From the NCBI RefSeq assembly GCF_030684315.1, contig NC_081380.1:34870705-34934704 (forward strand): a DNA stretch of 64,000 nt, read 5' to 3'. This DNA comes from Stegostoma tigrinum. Its lineage: Eukaryota. Below the pieces are notes generated by a model. That model did no database searches, was not told where the DNA came from, and worked only from the letters and a program-made list of their open reading frames with translations. Position numbers and translations under genes: made by a program. Below, one piece after another: positions 21,701 through 32,561 of the stretch (positions within the stretch are counted from its first letter, which is position 1; every line of letters starts with the position of its first letter).

Positions 21701-24700
21701 TTACAATGTGGGAGGAACAGCAAACTGTGCTTCATTAATGTTGAGACCTCTCTCTATATGACTAATTTCCATCATTTCTAATAATTTGCCGTTACTTATT
21801 ATGTGTATCAATTTTTTTTAACAGAGACTTCATTAGATGTTTTCCAGTATGTGGACAAAAAACTGGACGCATTAGGATGTGAAATTAATAGGTATTCTAC
21901 TCATGGCATCCATATGCCCTGGCCGCACGAGGGTAAGGAGGCTATTGAAGACATATGGTTCACACTGACTTTAAAGCATTTAAGTACCAGGTTCACTGTA
22001 ACCGGCTTCATGAGGAAGATAGATGAGCCCAATAGCCAGGAAGTTGAGAAAAGTGAAGCAAAAACTGATGGTGAAGATTTACCCATTGGTGACACTGACA
22101 CTCTGTTTGTTCAAGGTAATGTTTTAATGTTGACAAGCTGAGCGCATGTTCAGAGTGAGTGCTGCAAGAATGTGTGTGAGAGATGTGGGCAATATTTGTT
22201 TTGCATAAGCATATTAAACCCTATCAACTCCAGTGATAATACAAGAAATGAAACATCCAAAGAAATATAAACAACTTATGTCTGCATATTTAAGATGCTG
22301 AACTTCGGAGAACGTACAGTTTCAAATAGTTTTGGCTGAGTTATTAGCAGTGATTTAACTTTTACAAAAATGGACAGTCATTGCCTGTTTGTTTTTATTT
22401 GTTAGTGACCTATATTGTACACACCAGGACCCCATTGATCAGAACTAAACTGAAGCAAGACCTCATTCTGGACTGTGGCTACAAAATTGATCACAGTACA
22501 GACTTTAACGTTGACTGGCGGTATCAGCACAAAGGGAGCAAGAAGAAATTGTTTTCCTACAATGGGCGACATCAGCGGATTGAATTCATTGAGACAGGAG
22601 TTGAATTATTCATGGACCAGATCAAAAAGGGAAATGCTTCACTCCGTTTAAGAAACATTGGTATTAAAGATGAGGGATCCTACCTGTGTTCTGTATATGT
22701 GCCTCCACTCTTTGGAACACACACCATTGAGGTCGAGATTATGGGTAAGATGTTGAGTCTAGTGAATTAATCAACATGGAAAGTTAACAGATTAATGGAA
22801 ATGTACTCATTCATTTGGTAACAAAACAACACAGAAGTCAGAAGAAGGTTGAAAGGATCATTTTCATCTTACTGCCTCCTGAATAAAGCTGAAGTTGTTG
22901 CTCCAGTGGTAGTGCCTGGATTAATTATTCCAACCTACAGCAAGGTGCATTTTAACATCATGCAGAAATGTGGAGTGCAAATTGTTCAGAATTGTGCCAG
23001 AAAAAACATCTTCACCCTGGTTGTCAGGGAGGTATCTTCTAATCAACCTAGTCAAGGGTGTTGTGACCTCCAGAGCAGATGGGAATTGAACTATTGTCTA
23101 GTTGAGAGGTAGCATAACAAGAGCATTGCCGTGATTATCAGTGATCAGAGTGATTGCAATCCTGCTCAGCTATGCACCAAGTTGTTTCTAGTTACTGTAG
23201 AGGGACTCAGTGGCTTGCTCCTGGTCTTATGTTTTCCTCATTAGAAGAGGAGTCGTACCAGACACACAGTGTTAACTCTGCTCCTCTCTCCACAGATGCT
23301 GAATTTCTCCAGCATTCTCTGTGTTTGGATATGGGCCTGGATTGTGATTAAGTAAGCCAAATATAGCGAGTAAACTTAAGGAAGCAACACAGGATTACCA
23401 TTGTCCCTGTCCTGTAAATGGAGCAAATGCCAAAGCTTCACAGATGAATGTTGCCCTGGTGCTACCATCATAGCTTTGCCTCCAAAACAAATTGTTTCAG
23501 CAACTTTTTGTTACAGTGTGTTAACTGTGTAATGTGATTGTACAGGAAATATTACTATCAAAAACTGTTGAAACTGCTGATTTTTAAAAAAATTCCTGGT
23601 TATTTGTCATGTTCCCAATGAAAAGGTCTCTTATTCTAATTTGATTCTAATTAAATGGATTGAAAGCTAAAAATCCTAAGTGTCAAAAAGCTCCTGTGAA
23701 TCTTGAAGGTGTGTTTGCTCGTTGTGAAGTGTTGTAATACAGCTGTTTGCTTATGTTGTAGAGTCGCCCATTGTCTCTGTGAACCCTGATTCGGTTTCCC
23801 TTATTGAAGGGGATGAACAGAAGCTGGTCTGTGATACAGGGCGGTATTATCCACTTGATGTAGCGGTGAAGTGGCTGCGGCAAAAGAGTGCGAGGCACAT
23901 GCTGCCCGTTTACATGACGAATGTTGTCTTCTCCCCCCACAAGCGGAACATGGATGGCACCTACAACTTGACCAGTTATTTCAGGTTCACAGCATCCCTC
24001 CAGGACAATGGTGTTATGTATGTATGTCGCGTTGAGCACGCCAGCTTAGAGAAACCAATCAAACAGTACATCCAAGTGAATGTCGAAGGTAAGCAATGAA
24101 CAGAGTCCTATGCTACTTGCTTTTAATTGTTTGTGGTATGCAATATGCAATACAATTTGATGCCAGAACTGTTCATGAATTTTATTTAACCTCTCATATT
24201 TATATGGAAGCTGCACCACTTCAGTGAAAACATCTATTGTGGGTTTTGAAACCAATCTGGTCTATTCATTTAAACTGATTAGCCTTCCCAAAGGTCCATC
24301 TTTTGTCAGTTTTCTAGCAGTCATATGCTCTTGTTTTCTCAAAATCTGCTTCAGTCAGCATAAAGGACCTAAGGGAAACTAGGGATTCTGCACACATTGA
24401 CACATTTCTCTCCAGTGGAATTTAGATGGTCATGGTTAGTTACCCTTCATAATTTCCAAACTTTTACAATACTTTGTATCTTATGCAGATATTGTGGAGA
24501 ATGTTAAACTGGTTGTAAGAAAAGTTCTTGCAATTACTTTTGTAACTTTTTGTTTGTACATTCAGTATATCATCACTCCATAGTTTATGCCTCATTTGCA
24601 TGAGCAGCAATTCCTTTAGCCTGCTTAGGTTTGGCATTATGGGATCCATTGTCTAAAATGGCTATTGTTAGTGTCACCATCCTCTGACAGGATTGGTCAG

Positions 24701-27700
24701 TCTTTGACCCTTTTGTTCGCATTGGATCATTCTGGCTTCGCCAAGCAAACTGGGCTCCTAAGAACGCTTCACAGATAGTAAGAACTGCAGATGCTGGAGC
24801 CAGAGACAACACAGTGGAACACAGCAGGCCAGGCAGCATCAGAAGAGCAGGAACATTGATGTTATAGATCATGTTTTGCTTTGTTTTCTTTTAATGTGGC
24901 TTTCTTTCATTGAAACATAATGCTACAGATTTGGTACTAACAATAAAACAGAAGTTTATTGCACAGAAGGCATAACGTTAAAATAAGACAAAGCTAACTA
25001 AATTTAACACGGTTTGAAAAAAAATTAAAACACTTAGTGAAGCATAATCCCAGCCACTAGCCAAGACCATCACTTAACAAGGTCCAGAGAAATTCCTTCC
25101 TTATCAAATCCGTAGGTTTGACTTAACTGCATCTTCTCAGTTCTGGTCACATGAACTGTGAAGCTTTTTCACGTGACGAAGCAAACCATCAAGAGCTTAG
25201 ATTTTCTCAGTATTTAAATAATCTGCAGTGTTATTACCAAATACTGCTGGTCTGTTAGTTTCACAGACTACACTTTTCACGGAGGCAACTTATTTCCTTA
25301 ACTGCTCTGAAAAATCTCCCATTGAAGAAGAAGCTATACCTGTTTCTCACCCCAGTCAGGTTTTCCAATGATCTTCCCACAAGCTTTTGAACTAAATTTA
25401 AATTCTTACTCATCCTAGCATCTGCTAAGCTAATGACTTTTCTCTCTCTGGCCACAATCCCCCACAAGACAAACACACTTGCATTAACACTGTAGAAGGC
25501 AAATACTGGTTTAAGATTGTGCTTCTGGAAAGACTGACCTAGTTAATTTAAAATCTTTCACAAAAATAGACAAACACATGTGACAGAGATGGTAAGAACT
25601 GCCGATGCTGGGGTCAGAGGTAATACCGAGTAGAGCTGGAGGAACACAACAGGCCAGGCAGCATCAAAGGAGCAGGAAAGCTGATGTTTCGGGTCAGGAC
25701 CCTTCTTCAGACCCATTTCTGAAGAAGGGTCCCAATCCGAAACATCAGCTTTCCTGCTCCTTTGATGCTGCCTGGCCTGCTGTGTTCCTCCAGCTCCACA
25801 CTGTGTGTAAACACATGTGGCAGTAGTTCAAGATCCAAACTCTCAAAGGTTAGTGTATTTAAATTACACACTTGTCATCACAACATTGTTACCACTGTGC
25901 ATTGAATGTTGCTGGTGGTTAATGGCTTGCCAGTTAAGCAGACTGCTTTGTCCTGAATGCTGTTGGGTTTCGTGCGCATTGTAACTCCAAGTGGAGAGTG
26001 TTACATCATACCCCTGACTATTACCTCATAGATTGACAAACTTTGAGGAGTAAGGATGTTAGTCACTGTCAGCAGAATTCCATTTCTAGTCAGTGGAAAT
26101 ACCCATAATGTTAATAATACGAGATAAATGCCATTGAATGTTAGGTAGCAGGCTAGCTTTTGTCTTCTTAGAGATGTTCATTGTCTGGCAGTTGTGTGGC
26201 ACAAATGTATTTTGCTACTTATCAGATGAGCCTGATTGTGGTCCAGGCCTTGTCACACATGGACAAGAATTAAGTATCCGAGGAGTTGTAAATTGTACAG
26301 ACCATCATGTAATCATAAGTAATCTTGAAATTGTTGTACATTCAGAATATCGTTATTCCATAGTTCATTCCCTATTTGCATCAACAATGACTCCTTTAGC
26401 CTACTTAATTTTGGCATTATGGGCTCTACATTCTAACGTGGCTATTACCAATGTCACCACGAGACCCTTTGACAGGGAAGGATAGGCCAGTCAAACCATC
26501 AATATTCCCACTCTAGCCTTACGATGGCAAGAAGGTTATTGACAAAGCAGATAAAGGTGATTTGAGCCATGAATACTATTGTGAAGAACTCCCTGGGCTA
26601 AGATTATTGACGTTTAATGACCTAAAATTACCTTCCTTTGTACTAGACATGACTCTGACCAGCAGAGAGTTTTGCTCTGATTCCCACTAACTTCAGTTGA
26701 TTCCATTCTCGTCGTATTACTTCCTTAATGCCAATGGCAATCACAGTCATTTTCACTTATGGGTTCAGCTCTTTGGTGCTTGTTTGAACCAAGGCTGTGG
26801 TGACATCAGGAGCTAAACTGAGGACATTGCAAATGAAGCAGTGGAATTTCTTGCCATTTATATTAACTTGATTTTTAAACAATTGTTGGAAATTTCAACT
26901 AGAAAGATATATAACAAAACTTAAAACCATCAAAAGTTGGGATGAAATCTGGGGACTGGACATGATGTTGAATAAATAAGGGCTGCATAGTGTGTATAAT
27001 GATAGCAAGGTCAGAGGGGTTGTACAGGGTGGGGATGATGTGTTGATTATTTTAGGATTTTTTCCCCTTGGCGTCCTGTTATGCATTAACATGAATTAAC
27101 TTGGAAGTGGACATCCACTTGTCAGTGATCAAACAGTTTTGAAATTGAATAGAAAGGCCAATGAGTTAGCTTAACTTTCTGAAGAAGTATTTAAATCAGC
27201 TTTGCAACTGAGGAAATGAATTAAGTTCTACCAATAAACATATTGAGTGAAAAATGGAAGATCTGTTTTCTGGTATTGGTTTGAAGGATAAATGTTGGCT
27301 AAGATACGCTGCTCTTCTAATTCTCCTTTCAGGGCATCAACTCTTCACAACATGCACAGTGACCTGGAGTAGCAATCTCAAAATACTGATGCTCATTAAA
27401 TGTTTCTTTAATCCACAGCACAATCTCAGACACTTCAATTTATCTTACTGTCAATTGTGATCGTCTTTATCTGTGCTGTTGTGATCATGCTGCTTGTTTA
27501 CTTGAAGAAAGGTTAGTGTTCTCCTATTACAGAAGCTGTGCTGTTAGTCAGCATGCTCTGATTCAGACTGTCAACTTTCACTATAATCACCTTCTGTCTC
27601 GACTAATTTTCATTTGCTAGTACGGAACTGAGCTTTGCTGAAAAATGACGTGTTTTGACAATGCTTTTCATCTAATACCCATTAGGACATTTCAAAAGAA

Positions 27701-30700
27701 TATCAAGGAGAAAACAAGCATTTATATTGCATGAGAGGAATGTGTTGATTGGTTGGCAGTTGGATTCTGATTGGTAAAGGTGTTGCCATGAGATATGCAC
27801 CCATGTATGTAACACTGACAGTTAACAACCAGGCTTTGTTTACATTTTAAACTTGGCAGGTAGGCTCTGATTAGCCAGGGCGTTGCCCTCCGAACTGAAC
27901 CAGCAAACGGCTGTTGTAACAGGTGTATCCCATGTCCAAGTTATTTCTATCTGCAAAGATCAGGGCTTTGTGCATTAATGCAACTTCCAGAAGGTGACAA
28001 CACCACTATCCATAAGAGGACGCTTAATCAACTTCTCCTTTCATGCAATATAAGAACATAAGAACTGGGAGCAGGAGTAGGCCATCTGGCCCCTCGAGCC
28101 TGCCCCGCCATTTAATAAGATCATGGCTGGTCTTTGAGACTCAGCTCCACTTACCCGCCCACTCACCATAACCCTTAATTCCTTTACTATTCAAAAATTT
28201 ATCTAGCCTTGCCTTAAAAACATGCAGCGAGGTAGCTTCAACTGCTTCACTGGGCAGGGAATTCCACAATTTCACAACCCTTTAGGTAAAGAAGTTCCTC
28301 CTGACCTCAGTCCTGCATCTGCTTCCCTTTATTTTGAGGCTATGCCCTCTAGTTCTAGTTTCACCTAGTAGGGGAAACAACCTCCCCGCCTCCACCTCAT
28401 CTATTCCCTTCATAATCTTATATGTTTCTGTAAGATCTCCCCTCATTCTTCTGAATTCCAATGAGTATAATCCCAGTCTACTCAGTCTATCCTCATAATC
28501 CAACCCTCTCAACTCTGGAACCAACCGAGTGAATCTCCTCTGCACCCCCTCCAGTGCTAGTATATCTCTTTTCAAGTAAGGAGACCAAAACTGCACACAG
28601 TACTCCAGGTGTGGCCTCAGCAGGACCCTATACAGCTGCAGCATAGCCTCCCTGTTTTTAAATTCCATCCTTCTCGCAATGGCAGACAAAATTCCATTTG
28701 CCTTTTAATCACTTGCTGCACCTGCAGTCCCACCTACAGCGATTCATGCACAAGGGCACCCAAGTCCCTTTGCACAGCAGCGTGCTGCAATTTTTTGCCA
28801 TTAAAACATAGTCCATTTTGCTGTTATTCCAACTAAAATGGATGACTTCACACTTATCAACATTGTAGTCCATCTGTCAGACCTTTGCCCACTCACTTAG
28901 ACTATATATATCCCTCTGCAGACTTTCAATGTCTTCTGCACACTTTGCTCTACCACTCACCTTAGTGTCATCTGCAAATTTTGACACACCACACTTAGTC
29001 CCCAACTCCAAATCAGTTGAAGTGCCACCACTGATCCCTGAGGCACACCGCTAGTCACTGGATGCCAACCAGAAAAACACGCATTTACCCCTGCTGTTTG
29101 CTTTCTACTGGTCAACCAATCCTCAATCCATGCCAACACATTACCTGTAATCCCATGCAACTTTTATCTTATATAGCAGTCTTTGGTGTGTGCCTGCTGG
29201 CAATCCAGATACACCACATATGAATGTTGATTTTTGTTTTTCCCTTAAAGTACCCTTAAAAAGCCTTCCCAATCTCTTAAACATTCAATCTGTTCACAAA
29301 ATGATGTGGTTGTTGAGTTTTTAATTGCTTTCTGTCCTTTCCTTTGCAGTTGCAGAAAAAAACAAGGTAAGAGCAATATAATTTGAAATTTTACTAAAGC
29401 CGTAAAGTTTTGCAAAGAAATTATGCAAGAAAAGGATAATTTTAGAAGACCTATTGATATATTCACAATGCAGTTGTAAGTTTTTTTTTATTCCCCAGAC
29501 TACGAGAAAGAAATTAAACAGGTTGGGCCCAAACCTATGCGGTTTTTAAAAATGAGAGATGGCCCAAAGAGGCTTTGCGGAGGGGCTGATACTGAGAATA
29601 TGTTTCTCCTCCTGCAAGAATCTAGAACTAAGAAGCCGGGTTGCACAACAAGGGCTGCCTGATTTAAGGTGGAGGTGAGGAGACATTTCCTCTCTCCGAG
29701 GCTCATTTGCATTTGGAAGTCGCTTCCCTATAAGGAATAGTCAGTGAAGGTACTTAAGGCTGGCGGAGGTTGCAATGGCAAGAAGCTATCAAAGGAGCCT
29801 TGGTGAGTTGCTGTGATGAGTCTTTAGGTAATATTCACTGTTGCCACTGACTGTTGAAGATGGAGTGCCAACCAGGCGGGCTCTTTGTCCTGGATGATGC
29901 CAGGCTTCTTGACGGTTGATAGAACTCCAGCCATCTTGGCCGGTGGAGAATGTTCCATTACTGATTCATGCCTTGCAGTCGGTGGGCAGGCTTCGGTGAA
30001 TCAGGAATTGAGTTACTGCCACTATTTATATGATTGGTCCAGTTCAGTTTGTGGATAGTGGAGAATTCTGTGTTTGTGATACCGTTGAACATCAAGGGGA
30101 GATGGTTATGTTCTGTCTTGCTGGAGATGGTCATTGCCAGGCATTTGGGTGGCATGAAAATTACTTGCCACTTATCAGCCTAAGCCTGAGTGTTGTTCAT
30201 GTCTTGCTGCATTTTACATGGACTGCTTCAGTATCCAAGGAGTTTTGAATAGCACTGAACATTTGTGAATAATTGTTCACCTCTAGTTCCCTTGATACAT
30301 GTCCCCTCATCCCTAATCCCTGCTCCCCATGTGGCCCCAGAATGTGGCATACTCCCCCGACTAAGTCCTCAGCCACTTTTCTCACTTTTCAGGAAGGCAG
30401 GCAGCCAGGCCAGTGGTGAATTGAGGCCCTTAGCTGACTGGTCATGAACCACAAGGGCCTTATTCAGTGCTAAGCTGAGTAAGTGCCTACCGTATTTGCT
30501 AAAATGGGGGCAGATATCTCTGCAGACATATCTGTATGTCTTAATGACCTGCATAGACAGAATAGTCACACCTTTTGAATTTAGAATGGTCAAGTTTTTC
30601 CACTGCGTTGAGGTAGGAATAGATATGAGATGTTGGGCTGGAGATTGATGATGCAACTAATGGTCTGTGGAGTCGGAAGTTTGGATTAAAAATTTAAACC

Positions 30701-30859
30701 TATTAATTAAAGTCAATGTGATTCAATGAAGGGCTTTTTTTTATTCCCTTATCTTTCAACTATTCCGAATAGCCCTTAAACTTAACTTGTTGCTATAATA
30801 TGCCAGTGTATTTTCTAATGTTCTTCCTTTTATCTCTTCAACAGAAAAAGCCATATTGA
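15748..30859 (+). CDS. TAPBPL: Tapasin-family protein (tapasin-related/tapasin-like), 435 aa, 8 coding exons: 15748-15793, 19960-20139, 21825-22115, 22406-22744, 23762-24088, 27419-27511, 29350-29366, 30845-30859
   Basis: Exons sum to 1308 nt in one frame, all GT-AG. Domains: signal peptide; tapasin N-domain (LDCTFVE, CEINRY, WF); IgV (LDCG, VDWRYQHKG, DEGSYLC); IgC1 (CDTGRYYPLDVAVKW, DGTYN, YVCRVEHASL); TM; KKPY tail. The symbol is tentative because this is probably not the strict orthologue of human TAPBPR. Confidence 0.92.
16259..17726 (-). mobile_element. Decayed Penelope-like retroelement (Neptune type), 5'-truncated, with an inverted pseudo-LTR piece at about 17590-17726
   Basis: RT fragment (GVTLGT, LRYIDD, YLKPTDSH), C-x4-C-x2-C linker (PCNHRKCYAC) and GIY-YIG endonuclease (VYCICC..LYIGETKRRL); frameshifted; possible TSD GCTGAAGG at 16251 and 17727. 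Confidence 0.92.
18093..18310 (+). mobile_element. tRNA-derived SINE (other copies at about 14060-14250 - and 17790-17935 -)
   Basis: A/B-box-like head; shared GGTTAAACCAC body motif across copies. Confidence 0.65.
18375..19210 (+). mobile_element. CR1 LINE 3' fragment (interrupted)
   Basis: ggactacattcactggagtttagaagaatgagggg, typical of the CR1 ORF2 end. Confidence 0.8.
18760..19121. mobile_element. Two adjacent pseudo-LTR insertions of different subfamilies inside a CR1 3' end
   Basis: 18760-18923 (minus, with hammerhead) and 18946-19121 (fold-back), each with a duplication of about 15 bp. Confidence 0.8.
19960..20139 (+). CDS. TAPBPL: Tapasin-like exon 2, N-terminal domain with editing-loop region
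   Basis: LDCTFVE...KRKATLLF; acceptor tttaag and donor gtaagg. Confidence 0.9.
21825..22115 (+). CDS. TAPBPL: Tapasin-like exon 3
   Basis: CEINRYSTHGIHMPWP..WFTLTLKH; acceptor aacag and donor gtaatg. Confidence 0.93.
22406..22744 (+). CDS. TAPBPL: Tapasin-like exon 4, IgV domain
   Basis: C..W..DEGSYLC Ig V-set pattern; acceptor gttag and donor gtaaga. Confidence 0.95.
23762..24088 (+). CDS. TAPBPL: Tapasin-like exon 5, IgC1 domain
   Basis: YYPLDV..W and YxCxVxH Ig C1 signature; acceptor tgtag and donor gtaagc. Confidence 0.95.
25587..25808. mobile_element. Palindromic pseudo-LTR dimer with a hammerhead motif on each strand
   Basis: Arms at about 25630-25711 and 25718-25800; TSD at 25572-25586 and 25809-25823. 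Confidence 0.88.
27419..27511 (+). CDS. TAPBPL: Tapasin-like exon 6, transmembrane (AQSQTLQFILLSIVIVFICAVVIMLLVYLKK)
   Basis: Translated by hand; acceptor ccacag and donor gttagt; hydrophobic helix followed by a KK stop-transfer. Confidence 0.9.
28050..29220 (-). mobile_element. CR1 LINE ORF2 3' part and 3' UTR
   Basis: VTSGVPQGSV; MLQLYRVLLRPHLEYCVQFWSPY..LGLYSLEFRRMRGDL. Confidence 0.93.
29350..29366 (+). CDS. TAPBPL: Tapasin-like exon 7, 17-nt cytoplasmic microexon (VAEKNK)
   Basis: Long polypyrimidine tract plus tgcag acceptor and gtaaga donor; converts phase 1 to phase 0 as required for exon 8. Confidence 0.75.
30845..30859 (+). CDS. TAPBPL: Tapasin-like exon 8 (KKPY-stop)
   Basis: Strong polypyrimidine tract plus aacag acceptor, then AAA AAG CCA TAT TGA. 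Confidence 0.78.
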   Translation, partial: KKPY

Positions 30860-30904
30860 GACTGTTAAAGAGGATTCAGCATAAGTCCTGATAAGGAAAG
30901 AAAA

Positions 30905-31325
30905 GTATTTATGTGGACCTTTAGCACATCCTTGGAGCATTTGCAAAAGCGTCACCAGCAGTGAATTACTTTGAAGGGCTGAGAGTACAAACACATGCTG
31001 CAGGGAACATGTGCACAGCAACATCCCACAGAGAGCAAGCAATTGGCTGATTCATCAGTTTAGATGTTATTCTCAGAGAGAGGAATATGGATCAAGGCAC
31101 AGTATTAACTCTCTGCACTCGTTCAGGTAGATGCTTTACATCCACTTGAACGAGTGGAAATGGAGGACAGAGCCGCAGTTTAATGCCTGATCTGAAAGAT
31201 GGCCTTCATTAATGGCCCATTACTTCCTCAGCATCCTGAGGTTAGGTTCCAGATTGAAGCTGAAACTACAAGGTTCTGGTTCAGACCAGGAGTGCTCTGA
31301 ACTGAGCCAAGCTCATCGAGGCATG
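30905..31325 (-). mobile_element. Deu-domain SINE, antisense, just after the tapasin-like stop codon
   Basis: Resembles the reverse complement of the 36450-37030 family. Confidence 0.55.
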
Positions 31326-32227
31326 AATTTCGCCTTCACTTATCGCCAAACTATCATTCATTGCTGAGTGACAGAACCCACAGCGTACCTATAACAACAT
31401 AATGCTCATCTATCCCTGACCCAAGCGGCTGTAAATTCTCTATTAAGCTGAACAGGTTTGTGTTTGAAGTTGAAACTAAGTTTTTAGATCTGTTGTTTGT
31501 TGAACAGTCCATTCCAAATTGTTCTCTTCATCTTCCATTCTGTTTGTTCTAAATTATGGAGAACCAGTAGGGCATTCACTCGTGCTAAGGTGAATTTAGT
31601 TGCCAGCTTGATGCCAATCCTCTGTTTCTCCTGATGAGAAATATGGAAGCAAGCCAGCAGTATAGCTCCGGTCTGCTGGCCAGAAAATTGGTGATTGTTT
31701 TGTAACAATCCCATTTGGACACAAAGGTTACAGAAACATGAAAAACAGGTGCAGAAGTAGGCCATTCAGCCCCTTTGAGACTACACCACCATCAGTATGA
31801 TAATGGCCGATCATACAATTTCAGGATCCCACTCCCACTTTCTGCCCATACCCCTTGATCCATTTAGCGACAAGGGCCATGTCTGGCTCTCTCTTGAATA
31901 TATCTACCAAACTAGCCACAACAGCTTTCTGTGGTAGAGAATTCCACAGAAGTCTCAAAGTGAAGAAATTCTTCCACATCTCAGTCCTGAATGGCCTACC
32001 CCTTATTCTTAGACTGTGCCCCCTAGTTCTGGATTTGCCCAACATCAAGAAAATTCTTCCCGTGTCTAGCCTGTCCTGTCCCAACAGGACCTTTTATATG
32101 TTTCTATGAGGTTTCCCCTCATTCTTCTAAATTCCAGTGAGTAAAAGCCCCGTCGATCCAGTCTTTTTTTCTAATGTCAGTCCTGCCATCCCGGGAATCA
32201 GTCTGGCAAACCTCCGCCAGACTCTCT

Positions 32228-32326
32228 TATTTTCTGAAGAAGGGTCTAGGCCCGAAATGTCAGCCTTCCTGCTCTTCTGATGCTTCTTGGCCTGCTGTGT
32301 TCATCCAGCTCCACACCTTGTTATCC
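32228..32326 (+). ncRNA. Putative minimal hammerhead ribozyme (32234-32261) in a pseudo-LTR fragment
   Basis: CTGAAGA-A-GGGTCTAGGCCC-GAAA-TG-TC; core intact, stem I weak. Confidence 0.6.
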
Positions 32327-32334
32327 CTCAATGT

Positions 32335-32561
32335 AGGTTGTTCTGCTGTAATGCGTATTTCTTTAACATAAATTGGCTGTAATGCAAATGATGAATATTG
32401 GATCCTGTTTGGATAATACCAACTTTCTTCTGTACAAGTATAGCGACTTTCTGTAGCGATCTCGCTATAACGTGATTTTCTGTGGCAATTTTCTGTAGTG
32501 CAATTTTCTGCAGTGCGAGGTCATGCAAGAACACAACTATCACGTTGTAGGAGAACTACCT
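32335..32561. mobile_element. Non-autonomous DNA transposon (MITE, Tc1/mariner-pogo-like)
   Basis: Imperfect TIRs of about 21 bp (AGGTTGTTCTGCTGTAATGCG vs reverse complement AGGTAGTTCTCCTACAACGTG); TA next to the right end. Confidence 0.6.

Noticed and set aside
15748-30859. Calling the gene classical tapasin (TAPBP) or an MHC/B7/butyrophilin gene
   Set aside because: It lacks tapasin's free Cys and TM Lys, has a Cys-paired IgV, and has no MHC neighbours; the tapasin-type N-terminal domain excludes B7 and butyrophilin.
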